A stretch of 64,000 nucleotides of DNA from Eledone cirrhosa (lineage: Eukaryota), in contig OZ024758.1 of the NCBI GenBank assembly GCA_964016885.1, forward strand, positions 21,018,001 through 21,082,000, in the 5' to 3' direction. The notes under the pieces are model-generated. The model had not been told where the DNA came from, searched no databases, and saw only the letters and a program-made list of their open reading frames with translations. Position 1 is the first letter of the stretch. Every line of letters starts with the position of its first letter. Made by a program: the position numbers and the translations under genes. Shown piece after piece: positions 45,691 through 60,593 of the stretch.

Positions 45691-46190
45691 CTATTATTTT
45701 AAGTGACACTTGGGATACAATAAATAATATCACACTATTGAATGAGGTCTAAGCAAAAACGCGAACAACCTTAGTTTAGTTATTGTAAAAAGTAACTTTT
45801 AGTCAAAGATTCTTTTTGACGTTTTCTTAATAATGTTCTATAGCTTTCTGAAGAATATAGAAATTAAATATATTTGTAAAGCATGGCTGTTTGTAAGACG
45901 GGAAGCAGCTGATTCTAATAATAAATAGTACTTTCATATATTTTGTTAAAGTTAAAATGTTGTTCACATTCATATAGCATACCCAACAGTTACCAAAGAT
46001 GAGTTAAGAAGCTTTAAAGTAATACATAAATGCTAAGTTTTGTTAACACACACTTCGTTTTCTTTTACTCTACAAAATAATATGTGAATAGGCTGGGGCT
46101 GGTCATAACGTGGATCAGTATGTAATGATTCTATGGTAATTACATATACGATAAACACACACGCATACATATATACACGCACACACACAC

Positions 46191-46228
<38 letters not shown>

Positions 46229-46232
46229 AAAA

Positions 46233-46675
46233 GTCTGGCCTTGTGCCAAAAGTAGAAACAATTATTACTCAATGCGATGAATTGGCAGTATCAGTAAGTG
46301 GTCCGACACAATGCTTTGCAGCATAGCGTTACGAGCCATTACGGGGTGACTTCAAATCCTGTTGAAGTTAACTTTGCCTTTCATCCTTACGGGGTCGATA
46401 AAATAAAGTACCAGTAATGCACTGACATAATTGCTGACTTTGTGCCAAAAGTAATAACAATTAATACTCAATGCGGTGGATTGGCAGTATCAGTGCAGGG
46501 TCGGACGCCATGCTTTGCAGCATAGAGTAATGTCCCTTTACGGTCTGAGTTCAAATCCTGCCGAGGTTAACGTTACCTTTCATCCATACGGGGTCGATAA
46601 AATAAAGTACCATTAATGAACTGGGATAATTGCTGGCCTTGTGCCAAAAGTAGAAACAATTACTACTCAATGCAA
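46233..46675 (+). mobile_element. Head-to-tail array of the Meta-core SINE (tail + 2 full copies)
   Basis: Units of ~200 bp joined by the same linker att.atactcaatgc. Confidence 0.8.
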
Positions 46676-47409
46676 TTGGACAAACACATTTGTGACGCTG
46701 ACCAATGTCTGGTGTCCAATACGGCGTCATGCGACATGCCGATCTAGTCCACTGTTTTGTTAAATAACGGAGGGAATACTTAAGCATTATTCAAGATTCT
46801 ACGTTGTGCACTGCTTCAGGTAAGTGTAAGCTCAGAATGGAAAACAAAACGCTTACTATAGGAATAATGTTTACAATACTTTACAATATTGAAGAATTAA
46901 TAACTAAGAGCTGCTCACACTTAAAATGTTCATATAATTACTCAAACATCTCGCCTATAATATTATGTGATATTTTGGTTATTTGCATTACAGACAGGAA
47001 ATACGAAGTGGGATAGAAGAATTTTGGAATAGAGGCCTGTTGATGGCGACGATGCTACTATTTAGATTTAAATCATTTGTCTGCATCTTTAGAATAAGTT
47101 GCCATTTATTCTAGTCATATTCCATAAATATGTTTATTATAAGTAGAAATATATATTTCCTTCAATTTATATTTTTGTCGTGTTAAATACTTTCAATTTG
47201 TAATAATCTGTAGGCGCTGTTTAATTTTTAAATTCCACTATATTTTCATGTTGAAATGTCTCTGCTATCAGTTTAAATCAATGCAGAACATTTCAAGCTT
47301 TCAGGAGACATTCCGTATGATAAAAGCTTTCAGGTGAGAATAATTTTGAGAATTTGTAACATTTATGTATTTTGAGAAGACAATTTCATTGACAATCATA
47401 AAGACACAA

Positions 47410-47507
<98 letters not shown>

Positions 47508-47946
47508 GTTTATATATGTGTATATATATATATATGTTTATATATGTATATATTGGGAATCTGGGCACAACTCTAGATCAGTAAATAAAGTACTATGGCT
47601 GTCAATCTGCCGACAACATATTAAGAGGTTTCCATCACCGCCTATCGCCCACGGTCTTGTATAAAAATGTATAAAAAAATGTATATAGAAATATGTGTGT
47701 ATGTGTTTGTGTGGGTGCGTGTGTGTATTAGACATATATAGCTGCAGTCGTACCCGTGTTTTATATCACTTCATTTTTGTTGTTCCATTTAGATCTACAT
47801 ATCATTTTCCTGTATACTAGGATAAAACTAGCCACCTATTTAGCTGTATTCCTACATATATAAACACACACACACACGTGCATACTATATGTATACTCGC
47901 ATATACACCCACATTATATACATACATGCCCATACGCATACAAAAT

Positions 47947-48195
47947 TCTGCATCTAATAACTGCATATATACATGTACAGATACAAAGAAGATGCACATG
48001 CACACAAACAACTCAAAACATCCATATCCCTCATACAATAACATCCATACCTACAAATATATGCATGCAGACCTGCATACATATCTACCTAGTTTATGTT
48101 GTGTAAATTCTAATTAGAAAATATTGTATCTATGTTAGAAACCAACTCCCTCTATAGGCAAAAATGTGTGACATTATAAAACTAGAAAAAAATAC
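47947..48195 (+). mobile_element. 3' UTR fragment of the R4/Dong element
   Basis: tgcatctaataactgcatat..acatgtacagatacaaag..ttagaaacc.actc..aaaatgtgtga.attataaaac matches 22733-22968. Confidence 0.75.
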
Positions 48196-48317
48196 AAACA
48201 CAAACACTCACACACACATCCATATACATATACATACACATATATATATGTATATATGTATATATATATGTATATATATGTATATATATTACTATATATG
48301 TATGTATATATTTATAT

Positions 48318-49152
48318 ATTGTTATACTTTGGGAGGGTCATGTTGCCAATAAGAAACACACGCACCAGTCGTATTCACTTCAATTTATTATAATCAATTT
48401 ATAAATTTAGGAATTTATAAATTTCCGGTTGGTTGGTTGGTTCCACAACCAGGTGGTTGTTTGTATATTGTCAAAGTTCTTTCGTCACACATTCTGTCAC
48501 CTCTTCAGTGACTGGCGATTCTTTTCTTTGTTTTTGTGCCTCTTCTTTGTTCTGTCCTACGCCATCTTGTTTCTGTGTGTGTGGTGTGTCCTCAGTCTGC
48601 GGATGCGCCACATCCGGGTGTATGTATGTGTTTATATTCGTTTATTTATTTGTTTATTTACATGTTACAGGTTGGTTGTTTGTTCTATGTGCGTGTGTGT
48701 TTTCATGCTGTCCTTAATTGTAAGTTGTGATGTTGCTGTTCCACCCATGTTTTCTATTTAAGTTTGGTTGTAATTCTTTTATGTTTATTGCCTCTGTGAT
48801 TTGTCAAAACATTGCGTCTTTTCTGTGTGTAGATTCTATTTTTATTTCTATGTTCTCTAATTTACCCGTATATTCTATTTTAGCATTTTAGTAGAGTACA
48901 GATGATTCTTTACTATCTTGAAGGTGTCGCCAGTGTTCATTTATCCGTTGCCCTACACTACGAGCTGTCTCACCTATGTACACTATATTTTTGTCTCTAC
49001 ATTGTCCTTCAGTACATTTTATGCTAAGATTGAAGTGAAAGCAACTGGTGCGTGTGTTTAATATTGGCAACATGACCCTCCCAAAGTATAACAATATCGG
49101 TTTCAACACACGTTTTCAGATAAAGAATCTTGCTAAACAAATTCAGAAACGA
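48318..49152 (-). mobile_element. 5'-truncated Penelope-like element: GIY-YIG remnant, 3' pLTR with HHR, and inverted pLTR piece at the 5' side
   Basis: pLTR 48318-48580 with CTGAAGA...GAAA motif at ~48470-48512 (-). Inverted terminus at 49028-49152. TA flanks. Confidence 0.85.
48714..49024 (-). pseudogene. GIY-YIG endonuclease C-terminus of a PLE ORF, with in-frame stops
   Basis: IKCTEGQCRDKNIVYIGETARSVGQRINEHWRHLQDSKESSVLY*...MF*QITEAINIKELQPNLNRKHGW: YIGET-R-R-EH and E..I....P.LN motifs. Confidence 0.85.
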
Positions 49153-49944
49153 TATATATATATATATATACATACATATATATGCGTATGTGTCTGTAAA
49201 TATATGGAATGGGATTGTATGGGTATGTGTGTGTGTGTGCATGTGTGGATGTATGTGTGTGCGTGTGCGTGTGTGTGTGTGTCTACTTGTATTTGGACGA
49301 CTTTGTTAATTATATTTTCTGTGGTTATGGCTATATATCTCTATATCTATTCGACTTCAGTAATCTTGTTTAAATCAAAATCTGGAACAGTGTGTCTTGG
49401 AATTAATTAAATTTTATATTGAAGATACTGACCTGAGCATCCAATTAAATAGAACATATATATTTTGTTGACACTCAGAAGGTGGTATTTACCTACAACA
49501 TATATCCATATCCTGCTTTTTATTTCTATATAACATTAGTTCTTCTTTTTGAGCTTCAGCATTTCTATATCCTAAATTCCTTTAAAATTATTTTCCTTTT
49601 ACTTTCGTATCATTTTCTTTTATTGCATACATTTATATGTCTATAATTAAGAAAAATAAATCGCCTTTAAGCATCTACGTATATACTTATATTTATTTAT
49701 ATTTATAAATTATAATTATACATTTATCTATGTAAAATTGGTCTGACCAATTCTGAATGTTTAGAATGTTTCTATATTTTTCGTATCGACATGATATGTT
49801 GAAGTACGAATTTAATGATAGACACAGAGAGAAAGAGATATCTATATTGGTATACATACACGCACGTACATGAAGACACACATACACACACGCTTTTCGA
49901 AAACATTTTCCTTAAAAGATATTTTAGTATAAAATATACTACTA

Positions 49945-50085
49945 TAGACGTATCAACTCTCCGCCATTTTGCGGTGGGTGGGAGATGTCATCTCTTGTGA
50001 AAATGGGTATAGCTTTCATTATATATAACCCCCCCCATTTCGCCACATTTCTCCCCATTTTGGGGCAGGTTTTTTCATCGTAGTC
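49945..50085 (-). repeat. Unclassified dispersed repeat, second copy at ~57541-57680 (+)
   Basis: Shared aaaatggggaga..taatgaa..ctat.c.cattttca.aagaga.ga..cacccaccgcaaa. Confidence 0.55.
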
Positions 50086-50234
50086 CCCGTTTGGATTTTT
50101 AGAGGTTGGCATGGTTGGATAGGTTTCTTTAAAAAAATAATTTCCCTCTGCTTCTGATTTGTCTTTTTTTATCTCTTCTAAGACCAAATATTCCTTTACA
50201 TGTATGAGTTTACTTTGCCTTTGCTAATAGACGG

Positions 50235-50322
<88 letters not shown>

Positions 50323-51871
50323 CACATATATATATATGAAGATATTATATCTTCTCAAACACGTTGTGTGAAGTAATCTTTCATCTACAAATCGTCAGGT
50401 TAAACACATATTATTAGTAATATATTTACAAACAATATATAGTGTATGACATTTTCAGTATTCGTGTATAAAAATGTATATACCAAGTGACTATTAATAC
50501 TATTATTCACTTTTATTTAAATTTAAATTTATCTACTTAAATATTAAACAATATATACACTATCGCCAGTAAATATATTACCAATGGAGCTTGTTTAACC
50601 TGGAATACATTAACCTATAGCGAGGTCCTTAATTCATGAAAGAAAACAATGTGGTAATTCAAATTTCAGTTGAAACGCAAATGGCATCAGTTTTCAAGCA
50701 AATCGTAACGTGATATATAAGCCTAATTTAAAAATAAACACTAACAAAACTAACATGTCTTGGAGGGTTGAGTGTATATATCGGAGAAGCTATTAGCATA
50801 TATCTAATGAAAACGTCATTTTCAATTGGAGTAATTACACTACATTAGCCCACCGGTGTGTATATATAGACACCAGCATGGAGTTAAATCAATACTATAA
50901 ATTACCAACGTGCTGCTCCTCATGATACATTTCCAAATAACGCCTAGATATATAAAACTTGTAACGTTTTAAATATAGCCACAATATAGTGTGTTATCTA
51001 TTGTAGACATGTAAGAAAATCAACCCTACACGCTTATAAAAACGAAGATAGTATGTATCGTATTGTGTATTTATCTAATTGGATTGCTGTATGTTCTACG
51101 ATACTAAGCTGTAACTTTGAAGATAAAGTTTAAATTAGCTGCATAAAAAATCTTTACTAATGTTATACTTTTTATAAGAGGCAATGTTAAATCTATATTA
51201 AAACCATTATCTACATAATAGATGCTCGTTGATATATAATGTTATGAGAAAAGACTATATAGTAAACACGAACGGAAATATCAAATATAGATGTTAGTAG
51301 TGTTATTAACATTGTCAACATTTATAGAGAAGTAAGTTAAATGCTATAAAAACCAAAAAAAGTAGAATATGTGCATGACCAAATCGCGTGAGTATTACGA
51401 ACGAAGAATATAGTAATTAATTATGCCAGTACCATTATCAAAATGTGGAAATAGCGTTTGATTACTATTGGCGATTTAGGGATACAAGCAAAGCTAAGGA
51501 TTAAATAAATTATCAGAAGTGTAAGAAACGAATGATAATTTCACTCGAGAAATAAAGTCTTTATTTGTAGTCTATAAGTGTATGTAGGTGCTACTGTTTC
51601 GCATGCATGAGTGAAAAAGAAATGGAGATTGCTAAATGAATGTTGCTGAATTTATTTGTTTCCTTGTTAATATAACTTATTAAAACACAGAGAATACGAC
51701 ATTGCAAAGTTAGAGCTGTTTCCAAATACCTTAATGGGTGAATGAACGATAATGATATCTCTCGAACATCTAAAGTAGCTTATGTAGCCTTATAGTACCA
51801 TATCGACAAATATGTTGTTTCTAGTTTATTTCATTCTGTTGGAGAGGTATTCGCATGATCGGATCGCTCTC

Positions 51872-51954
<83 letters not shown>

Positions 51955-51970
51955 AATATATATATATATG

Positions 51971-52046
<76 letters not shown>

Positions 52047-52062
52047 AATATATATATATATG

Positions 52063-52132
<70 letters not shown>

Positions 52133-53514
52133 AATATATAAAAATACGTATTTAAGAAAGCCACAACAATGCAAAGGGAAATCTCGAGGTAGGAAGTGAA
52201 ATATAGATAGGAAAAACAGGTGAAAGTGAAAATTGAGAGAGAGACAAAGATGAAAACAAAACAAAGGTAGAAGGGTTACCGTAGTAGAGATTTAATCCCA
52301 ATATTTCGGGCTCACGCCCCCGGACTGAGCTCCAGCCGTTTCGACAGCCAGGTCTTACTTAGTTCAGACCTAACCATCGCAACAGCCGGAGCTCACCTAG
52401 TATCAAGTGCTTTGGTGCGTTATGGTCCACCTGGAGACTTACCACACTTCCCTCGTTATATATGTATATATATATATATATATCATCATCATCATTTAAC
52501 GTCCATCTTCCACGCTGGACGTTAAGCGATGATGATGATAATGATTATATATGCATATATATATGCATATTATATAATATGCATATATATATGCATATTA
52601 TATATATATATATATATATAAGAAAGAAACCTAGATCAAGTGCAATTAAGTTCATGTGGACGTAACTTACATTATTAACCCTCTGTCTTGTAATAAAATG
52701 TTCTTAAACTTTGTTCTGTTTATTAAGAAACATTTTTGATAGTGTGAATGTATACAACTTACTTGATCCATTGATATACACATAACTAATATCAATACTT
52801 CTGCAGGATTAACGTTTGATGTTATGGAAACTCATAAAAATATCCAAGATATATATATTTCCACCTCTACTTTTCTACGTCATAGAATATAGAATTAGTT
52901 TCATATATTGATACATAGTTCACGAAACATTCATTATCTCCAGTATTGCTAAAACCCAATACGCTGTTCGATTATTATAGTCGACATATATATTACATCA
53001 TGTATTATACTAGCACCCAAAATATTGATATCCATGTACGCTGGCTGGATATGTCGCCGTTGCTTTTGTTCACGTTTCAAGCTATATATAAGCATTAAAA
53101 ATGTCATATTTCTCTTTAACTGGTAGGAACTGGATGGTCTAGAATTGCAAAATATCAGAAACCGTAATTGGTGTATAGGAGTATCAGTACTAAGCTGGAT
53201 TTTAATTAACATACTGTCTCACGGAATTAGTAAGCTTTTATTTTTCCTGAGTGTTCTATACAGAATTATATCCCATTCCCATGAAATAATATTCACCATA
53301 CCAGAAGCTCTTAATAAATGTTTTGTATAACCAATTATATTTCTAATATACATTATCCAACAATGCCCGACTCAATAACACGGATGGCGAAGGGGAATTA
53401 ATTAGATGTAGTATAAATATTTTTTAGATATGATATATGTTTGCTAAATATAATGACCTAATCAAAAGATCTTTTATTTTATTTAAGCAGAAATCATCTC
53501 TATATATATTTTTT

Positions 53515-53715
53515 TCTACTTTAGGCACAAGGCCAGCAATTTGTAAAGGAAGTCGACTAAATCGGCCCTAGTACATTACTGGTACTTTATTTTATCGGCC
53601 CCCTTAAGGATTTAAGGCAAAGCTAACCTCGGCAGTATTTGAACTCAGAATATAAAGGGACATAACTATACTGCAAAGCATGGTATCTGACGCTCTATCG
53701 ATACTGCCAAACCAC
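53515..53715 (-). mobile_element. Meta-core tRNA SINE copy
   Basis: Reverse complement of head, core and tail. Confidence 0.8.
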
Positions 53716-55581
53716 ATATAATATGTAGTGTTTTGTGTCTTCTAATATATAATCTTTTCATGAACCTTACATGTATGTCCTTTAACATTTAAATTCTTGA
53801 AGAAGTATATTCTATTGTCGATGTCTTGTAGAATTTTGAACAATGAATAATTACTTTCTGTGTTACATTAGGAGTAAAATAGAAGATAGCCAGTTGGTTC
53901 GATCATTGCAGTTGTCGGTAAAATGCGATGAAAAATTTCATGGATTTAATTTACTACTTCGAGGACTAGACAACCTAATGCGTAATATCTTTCACACATG
54001 TATCATTTGCTGACAGAAAACGCGTTGACGACATGTACAGTTTTAAAAAAGATTCCTTTATCGGCTTCTGCCTGCATCACAATATAAATTCAGTCGAAAA
54101 ACTAAGTGGATTATTGAAGAAAAATGTACAAGATATTCCTGTTGAATCTCAATAAGAATCATTGAATAGTTTTTTACCAAAGCACAAAAGATCGTGAAAC
54201 AATTTCAAATAATTTCTCATTGACTACACGGTGCAGGAACGGCATGTTGACAGATGCATTGTGTTCTCGTAAAAGAATAACTAATAACAATGAACAACAT
54301 TTGTTAATATATTTCTAATCAGATAATTTAGATTTTATTTTATCAAAGGTCAAATATATTCTATTTCATAGACCTCACCTTCTTTTCAGTTACAGAGTCA
54401 TGATGTTTGAGAAAATAATTACTTTTTAAACATAGCGTGGGGCTATTCCAAAAAAGGTAGACGATAACAGGAAGAAAGGAAGAAAAGGAAAAAGAAAAAA
54501 GGTGGAAACGAAGAAGGAGACTTCGACGGCGACGAAGACGAAAGAAAAAAAATAGAAGCAACCTTGGTTGTGTTCGGAATCGGATGTTCATGAGGACCTC
54601 CACCAGGTTTAAATCCCGATAATGCCTCAACAATTCAATGAGATTTTTAGGGCATGGATGAGTATTTAAGTAAAAGTTAGAGACCCGCATGTTTTTCCAT
54701 ATGGTATTGAGGAAGAAGATAATCAATCTTCCTGGTTAGTCTGTGTGTTGTATAGAAAGCATTTTCTACATTTTAATATAGAAAATGTCGGTTCAACATG
54801 AGTCAAAAACATTATACGAATACTGCACTCGTGAGAGCAACACTTAATCAGATTATCGCAATAGAAATAGAAATGCCATAATTTTAGCAACTTCGACAAA
54901 ATCTATAGCCATTGAATGAAGTGAAAAGCAACTCCTGTCTCACATGTAACCAAATAAAGATATGTTTTTTCTGTATAGGAAGAAGCGCACAAACCTAGTT
55001 AAGTCTAATTGAATTTAGATAATACAAGATCTATATGTTGAAAGTAATTTTATTTTAGAATTACTCAAATAAAATAAATACATGTTCATAGATTTATAAA
55101 GATCAGGAATGATGATATCAAGGATTTCACAATTATATGGGAAAAGCATAGAATGCTTAGGGGATAACATTAAAAAAAAAATAGCTCAGCTAGATGTTTT
55201 GTGTCATTCAATGAAACTTGATTTATGTATGGTATTCTATTAACCAAGCCCATTCATCCAGTAAATTGATTCAGTTTTTCATTTATTTTAATTGCAATGT
55301 ATACTGTATTACTTCTTAATTAACGTAAAGTTTATTTGTCATTTTGCAATTATAAAATAGTAATTTACGAATAATTGTATTTTCTAATAAAATATATAGA
55401 TTTTAATACACTTCTAAATAAACATATAAATATATATTAACGTCAATATACATATATTTAGGAATCTGAAATTACATACCCTTACAGAAGCAGACAGGCA
55501 TCTGTTCCTATATAGTTCAATAAACAAGAGTGCATAAAACATTGCTAGTTTTACCCGCTCTCCAATCCTTATTATTATCTG

Positions 55582-55772
55582 AGGCGGTGCATTGGCAGTA
55601 TCGGTAGAGGGTCAGACACCATGGTTTTCAGTAAAGAGTTACGGCCCTTTATGGTCTGAGTTCAAATCCCGCCGAAGTTGCCTTTGCCTTCCATATTTAC
55701 GGGGTCGATAAAATAAAGTACTAGTAATGCACTGGGATAATTTCTGGCCTTGTGCCAAAAGTAGAAACAATT
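55582..55772 (+). mobile_element. Meta-core tRNA SINE copy
   Basis: ggcggtgcattggcagtatcggtagag..gagttcaaatccc..ggggtcgataaaataaagtac. Confidence 0.85.
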
Positions 55773-56099
55773 ATTATCTACGTGTGGGTGTGTATATATA
55801 TATATATATAGTAATGATAAAAGTGAAGTGTAAAATCCGAAGAGGGCTCGATAAGGATTATATATATATATAATATATATAAAGCCGTAGAGCAGACAAT
55901 CCGTTTAAGGATGAAAGCAGCGATTATTTGCTTAAAACTTTAATCTGTTCTTATAATATTTATAAATAAATATATTATTATAGAAATGACCTCTACAAGA
56001 CTGACGTTTCTTCAAAAGAAATTATAAGAACAGTCTTTCTCGATGGTTTCTATGAATGCAACAGTCCTATGGAAGTCATTTCTTTAATATAATAAATAT

Positions 56100-56280
56100 A
56101 GTTTCTACATTTGGCACAAGGCCAGCAATTTCCTCAGTGTATTACTGGTACTTTATTTTATCGAGCCCGTAAGGATGAAAGGCAAAGTTAACCTCTGCAG
56201 ATTTGAACTCAGAACACAAAGTGTCATAACTCTATGCGACAAAGCATGGTGTCTGACGCTCTACTGATGCTGCCAAACCA
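56100..56280 (-). mobile_element. Meta-core tRNA SINE copy
   Basis: Reverse complement of the family consensus. Confidence 0.8.
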
Positions 56281-56399
56281 GAGCCCTATATAATATTTAT
56301 TTAATAAATATGCCTACAATTTAATAACGCACTCAGTAAGATGTTTAACTGTCACCACCCGATAAACATCCACCTATATATATATACATAAAATCTTTA

Positions 56400-56730
56400 A
56401 CAATGATAATGGATAACAATAAAATATATAAAATACAAAACAATCGAAATCACCAATACGGGGGGGGGGGCTTACTGCGGGATTGTTTACCACCTCGTGG
56501 ATAGAACAAACCTCAACACCAGGAACACGTTTTCTAGGTGTTCCCGTCTTCCCACTGTTTGTCTTCCTCAACCTACAGGTTTATTTACAGAGAAGGCCCA
56601 TCCACTCGGGTCATTTTCCCAACATTCACCCACCTTTCAGCGAATTTACTAGGGTGTAGCACTTCTCCCTCCACTCTCACCTTCCTTCTGAAGTTGTACT
56701 TAAAGAAGGGGATGAGTTGTTGTCCGGACT
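56400..56730 (-). mobile_element. Tx1/L1-like LINE 3' fragment
   Basis: agagaaggcccat.cac.cggg.catt.t..c.acattcacccacctttca shared with 41490-41545. Confidence 0.55.
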
Positions 56731-58532
56731 AATATAGATAGAGAGACAGACAGAGAGAGAAGGAAGAAAAACCGTGGTTCCTTGACGTGGTTAGTTGACA
56801 TCTTTTAGGATACAGCCTAATGGTATATTGAGAGTACAATGTTTTATGCTTAATATAAGGGAGATCGTCGAATACTCACATTCACTATCACATACAGACA
56901 TTGCACACGAACACATATATTTCAAAGTTTTCACTGCAATTATACCAATCTTACTAAGTATATGTCAAAATCTTTTTTTTTCTTCGTTATAAATAAGTAA
57001 AAGTAAATTTTACTTAATTAAGTAGCTGCATTTGGACACGAAGTCAGAAATTATGATATATAAAATAATATTACCCCGTGTAATTTAGGTTTTATGTTAA
57101 TATTTGACAATTATAACAACACTACCAGTATTGATCAGTGCTAACATCACAAACAATAATGCCTGATTTATAACTATCTAAGAAAACGTAATTTTCTCAC
57201 TTGACCTGGTGTTTTTATTTATTCTGGACCTGTCTTCTTATCGAATCGCTACCCACACCATTCCAGTCATACGCACAGAACGTTGCTGGGGTATTAAGGT
57301 TTCAATGTGGTTAAGTGTGCATGAATTTTCAAGATTGATTAGGACAACATAGAAGGTGCGGCATAGATTGTAATTGCCCGCATTGACAGTTGTAAACATC
57401 ATTGGTGGTTTATCCTCACTACAGCGAATAACAGCTACATTCTATGCTATTCTGGACATATAAAAATTCGTGAATTACTATCAGCACTATCAACGGTATA
57501 ACAGACCTGCCAACCTCTACAAACGCAATAGGGGCGTACCTTGAAAAATATGCTCCTAAAAATGGGGAGATTTTACGTAATGAATACTATGCTCATTTTC
57601 AAAAGAGAAGATTTATCACACCCACCGCAAAGGCAATTGCAAATCTCTTCCTCGGATGTGGAAAGTTGACAGATCTGGTATAAATAATTAATGAATCAAT
57701 GTCCACAGAAATTTAAAAGCCGACATGTTTACTGATTACACGGCTTCAACAAACATTACCTGTTTTCGTTTGTAATACGGTTGCTACAGGTAGCATTTGG
57801 CAGTGAATCTCCTATGATATTAGTTGGTTTCCTGAATTTATGTCCATGAAAATTTACAAAATTATTCCATGAAAATTAATTTCGATAAAAAGTAGGCTCG
57901 GTGAAAATATGTTAACAATATTATTCTAGGAAAATAGATGTGATAAAAAGTGGATTCATGAAATTGTGTTTATATCATTATTCTATGGAAAGTGTTATAT
58001 TAAAATACATTTACTTGTACTTGTTATTTGTTTGTATATTTTGATTTAGATGCATAATCATAATATGTATTTTCTTTTTCCAGAATACTAACAATTATCT
58101 ATCGAATTGAAAGTAATATAATTGCACATAGGCTAAAAGAATTAAATGATTTTAAGAAAATCATATTACAAAGGTTATGTAAGACGAGTATATGTGAATG
58201 TGTGTGTCTTTCTGATAGCTAGGTTGATGATCAATTAAATTATAAGCGGAACAGTAGTCAGACTTAATTGGTATGAGATATAAGGTAGTGTATGATTCCA
58301 TAATACCTGGTGGAGTCGTTGAGAGTCAGGCGAATATTGATATAGACATTTCTAGGGCCTTTTAAGCCTGGCGGAGCAGTACACAATCCGGGACTAAATA
58401 GAGCAGATTTTTCCAGAGAAGGATGGAAAGTGAGAAGATATGGTACATTTTTATCGACCACAGTCGCGCTCATATACACACATATTGTATAATAATAACA
58501 CGCACACACACACACACACACACATACACACT

Positions 58533-58611
<79 letters not shown>

Positions 58612-58634
58612 CAGAGTTGAGATGGAGTGCCTGT

Positions 58635-58746
<112 letters not shown>

Positions 58747-58749
58747 TAT

Positions 58750-59053
58750 GAAAAAGTATGAACCCAGGGTCATATTTTTTCCTATTTCCCACACTACTAC
58801 CCTAAGTATTGAGTATTCTGGTGCGTTATGGTCCATCTGGTTCCTTACCACAATTCCTTTCTTATTTAGCTCCTATCTCTGTAGTAGAGCACTTTCCGAA
58901 ACTACCACGCCATATCCCAGCTAGGGTTTTTTCACCCGCACGATGCGAAATTTAAAGGGGTCATACTTTTTTCCTATTTCCCACTCTACTACCCTAAGTA
59001 TTGAGTACTCTGGTGCATTATGGTCCATCTGGTTCCTTACTACAATTCCTTTG

Positions 59054-59056
<3 letters not shown>
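58750..59056 (+). mobile_element. Tandem (~190 bp) copies of the 3' tail of the 2.3/15/16-kb family
   Basis: gggtcata.ttttttcctatttcccac.ctactaccctaagtattgagta..ctggtgc.ttatggtcca occurs twice. Short fold-back at the left end. Confidence 0.65.
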
Positions 59057-59084
<28 letters not shown>

Positions 59085-59087
<3 letters not shown>

Positions 59088-59763
59088 TTTATATACATAA
59101 AAGCGAGGATGAGTGTGTGTCTGTATACAACTTTGCATACCTAAAGCTTTTACAATTACCAACCGAATTTGATCAAATGTTCTGTGCACGTTGCACAGGT
59201 CGCTAAGATGGTCACGTATTTTTCAAATCGACCCACGTTGAGCAATACAAAATTGATATTAAAATTATCGGTTGCATAATTTATGTAAGGGAGATAACCA
59301 TCTTCATTGACAATCCTTATAAAAAAGGGAGATAACCAACTTCATTGACAGAACTATAAACATCAGATTCATTTGAAGATAAATCACTAATATTATCGTT
59401 TGTTTCTTGTTTATTCTTTGTTGCACTTTCAAAGTTAAAAAAAACACTTGTTGTTTTAACTTGTTTCACGATATTAAGTGTTAATTTTCGTGTTGCACTA
59501 CATCCTGTTCAGTGTTTTCCTTCATTATCAGCATAGTTTTCCTTCATTATCAGCATAGTTTTCCTTCATTATCAGCATAGTTTTCCTTCATTATCAGCAT
59601 AGTTTTACGTGTACAAAGATTGCACTAAATGTTGGTTTGCGTTTATTATTGAAGACTTCTGCTTATTTTGACAGGTTGGGGAAAAAATAATGTTCTTCTT
59701 TTACTTCCTAGCTGTATATTCTTAGCATAATTTCAAACCCCGGGCAACGCCGGGTAAATCTGG
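59085..59763 (+). mobile_element. Non-autonomous Helitron
   Basis: 5' a|TC start. 3' GC hairpin cccgggcaacgccggg followed by CTGG|t (CTRR). Internal 22-bp x4 tandem gttttccttcattatcagcata at 59514-59606. Confidence 0.7.
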
Positions 59764-59766
59764 TTG

Positions 59767-59933
<167 letters not shown>

Positions 59934-60276
59934 GTATATATATAGAATAAGTAAAAGCGAAGTAGTTTCAGATGTTCAAGTATAATAATGCTGTGATATA
60001 TATTTCAATGACGACAATAGCCTCTGGCCATATATATATATTTATATATATATATAATATAATATAAGAAATATTTTATATATGCATATACATATTATAT
60101 ATTCATGTACTTTGTGTCTAACAATTACATCTGCCATTAAATCTTAGAATGCAATTAATATCTTAGATGTTACTATCTAGCATTTATTTCCAAGACACGC
60201 AAATAATAATTGTAGAATCGCTCGCAATACAGATGCTCCAATACATTGCACACCATTTGACTATATATCATGATGC

Positions 60277-60319
<43 letters not shown>

Positions 60320-60375
60320 CGTGTGTGTATATATATATAACTATACTCACACGTATACACACCCACACATACACT

Positions 60376-60416
<41 letters not shown>

Positions 60417-60417
60417 G

Positions 60418-60458
<41 letters not shown>

Positions 60459-60517
60459 ACATATATATATAACACTATATATGGTTACATAACTTTATAC
60501 ACATGCGTCTACATAAC

Positions 60518-60593
<76 letters not shown>

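Noticed and set aside
54400-54740. Arg/Lys-rich purine stretch (protamine-like or exon)
   Set aside because: Low complexity, with no supported start, splice sites or homology.
58264-58470. [11 protein letters not shown] peptide resembling a PLE linker motif
   Set aside because: Too short, with no supporting flanking motifs that I can read.
59514-59606. 22-bp x4 repeat as a possible CRISPR array
   Set aside because: No spacers, eukaryotic context, and internal to a Helitron.
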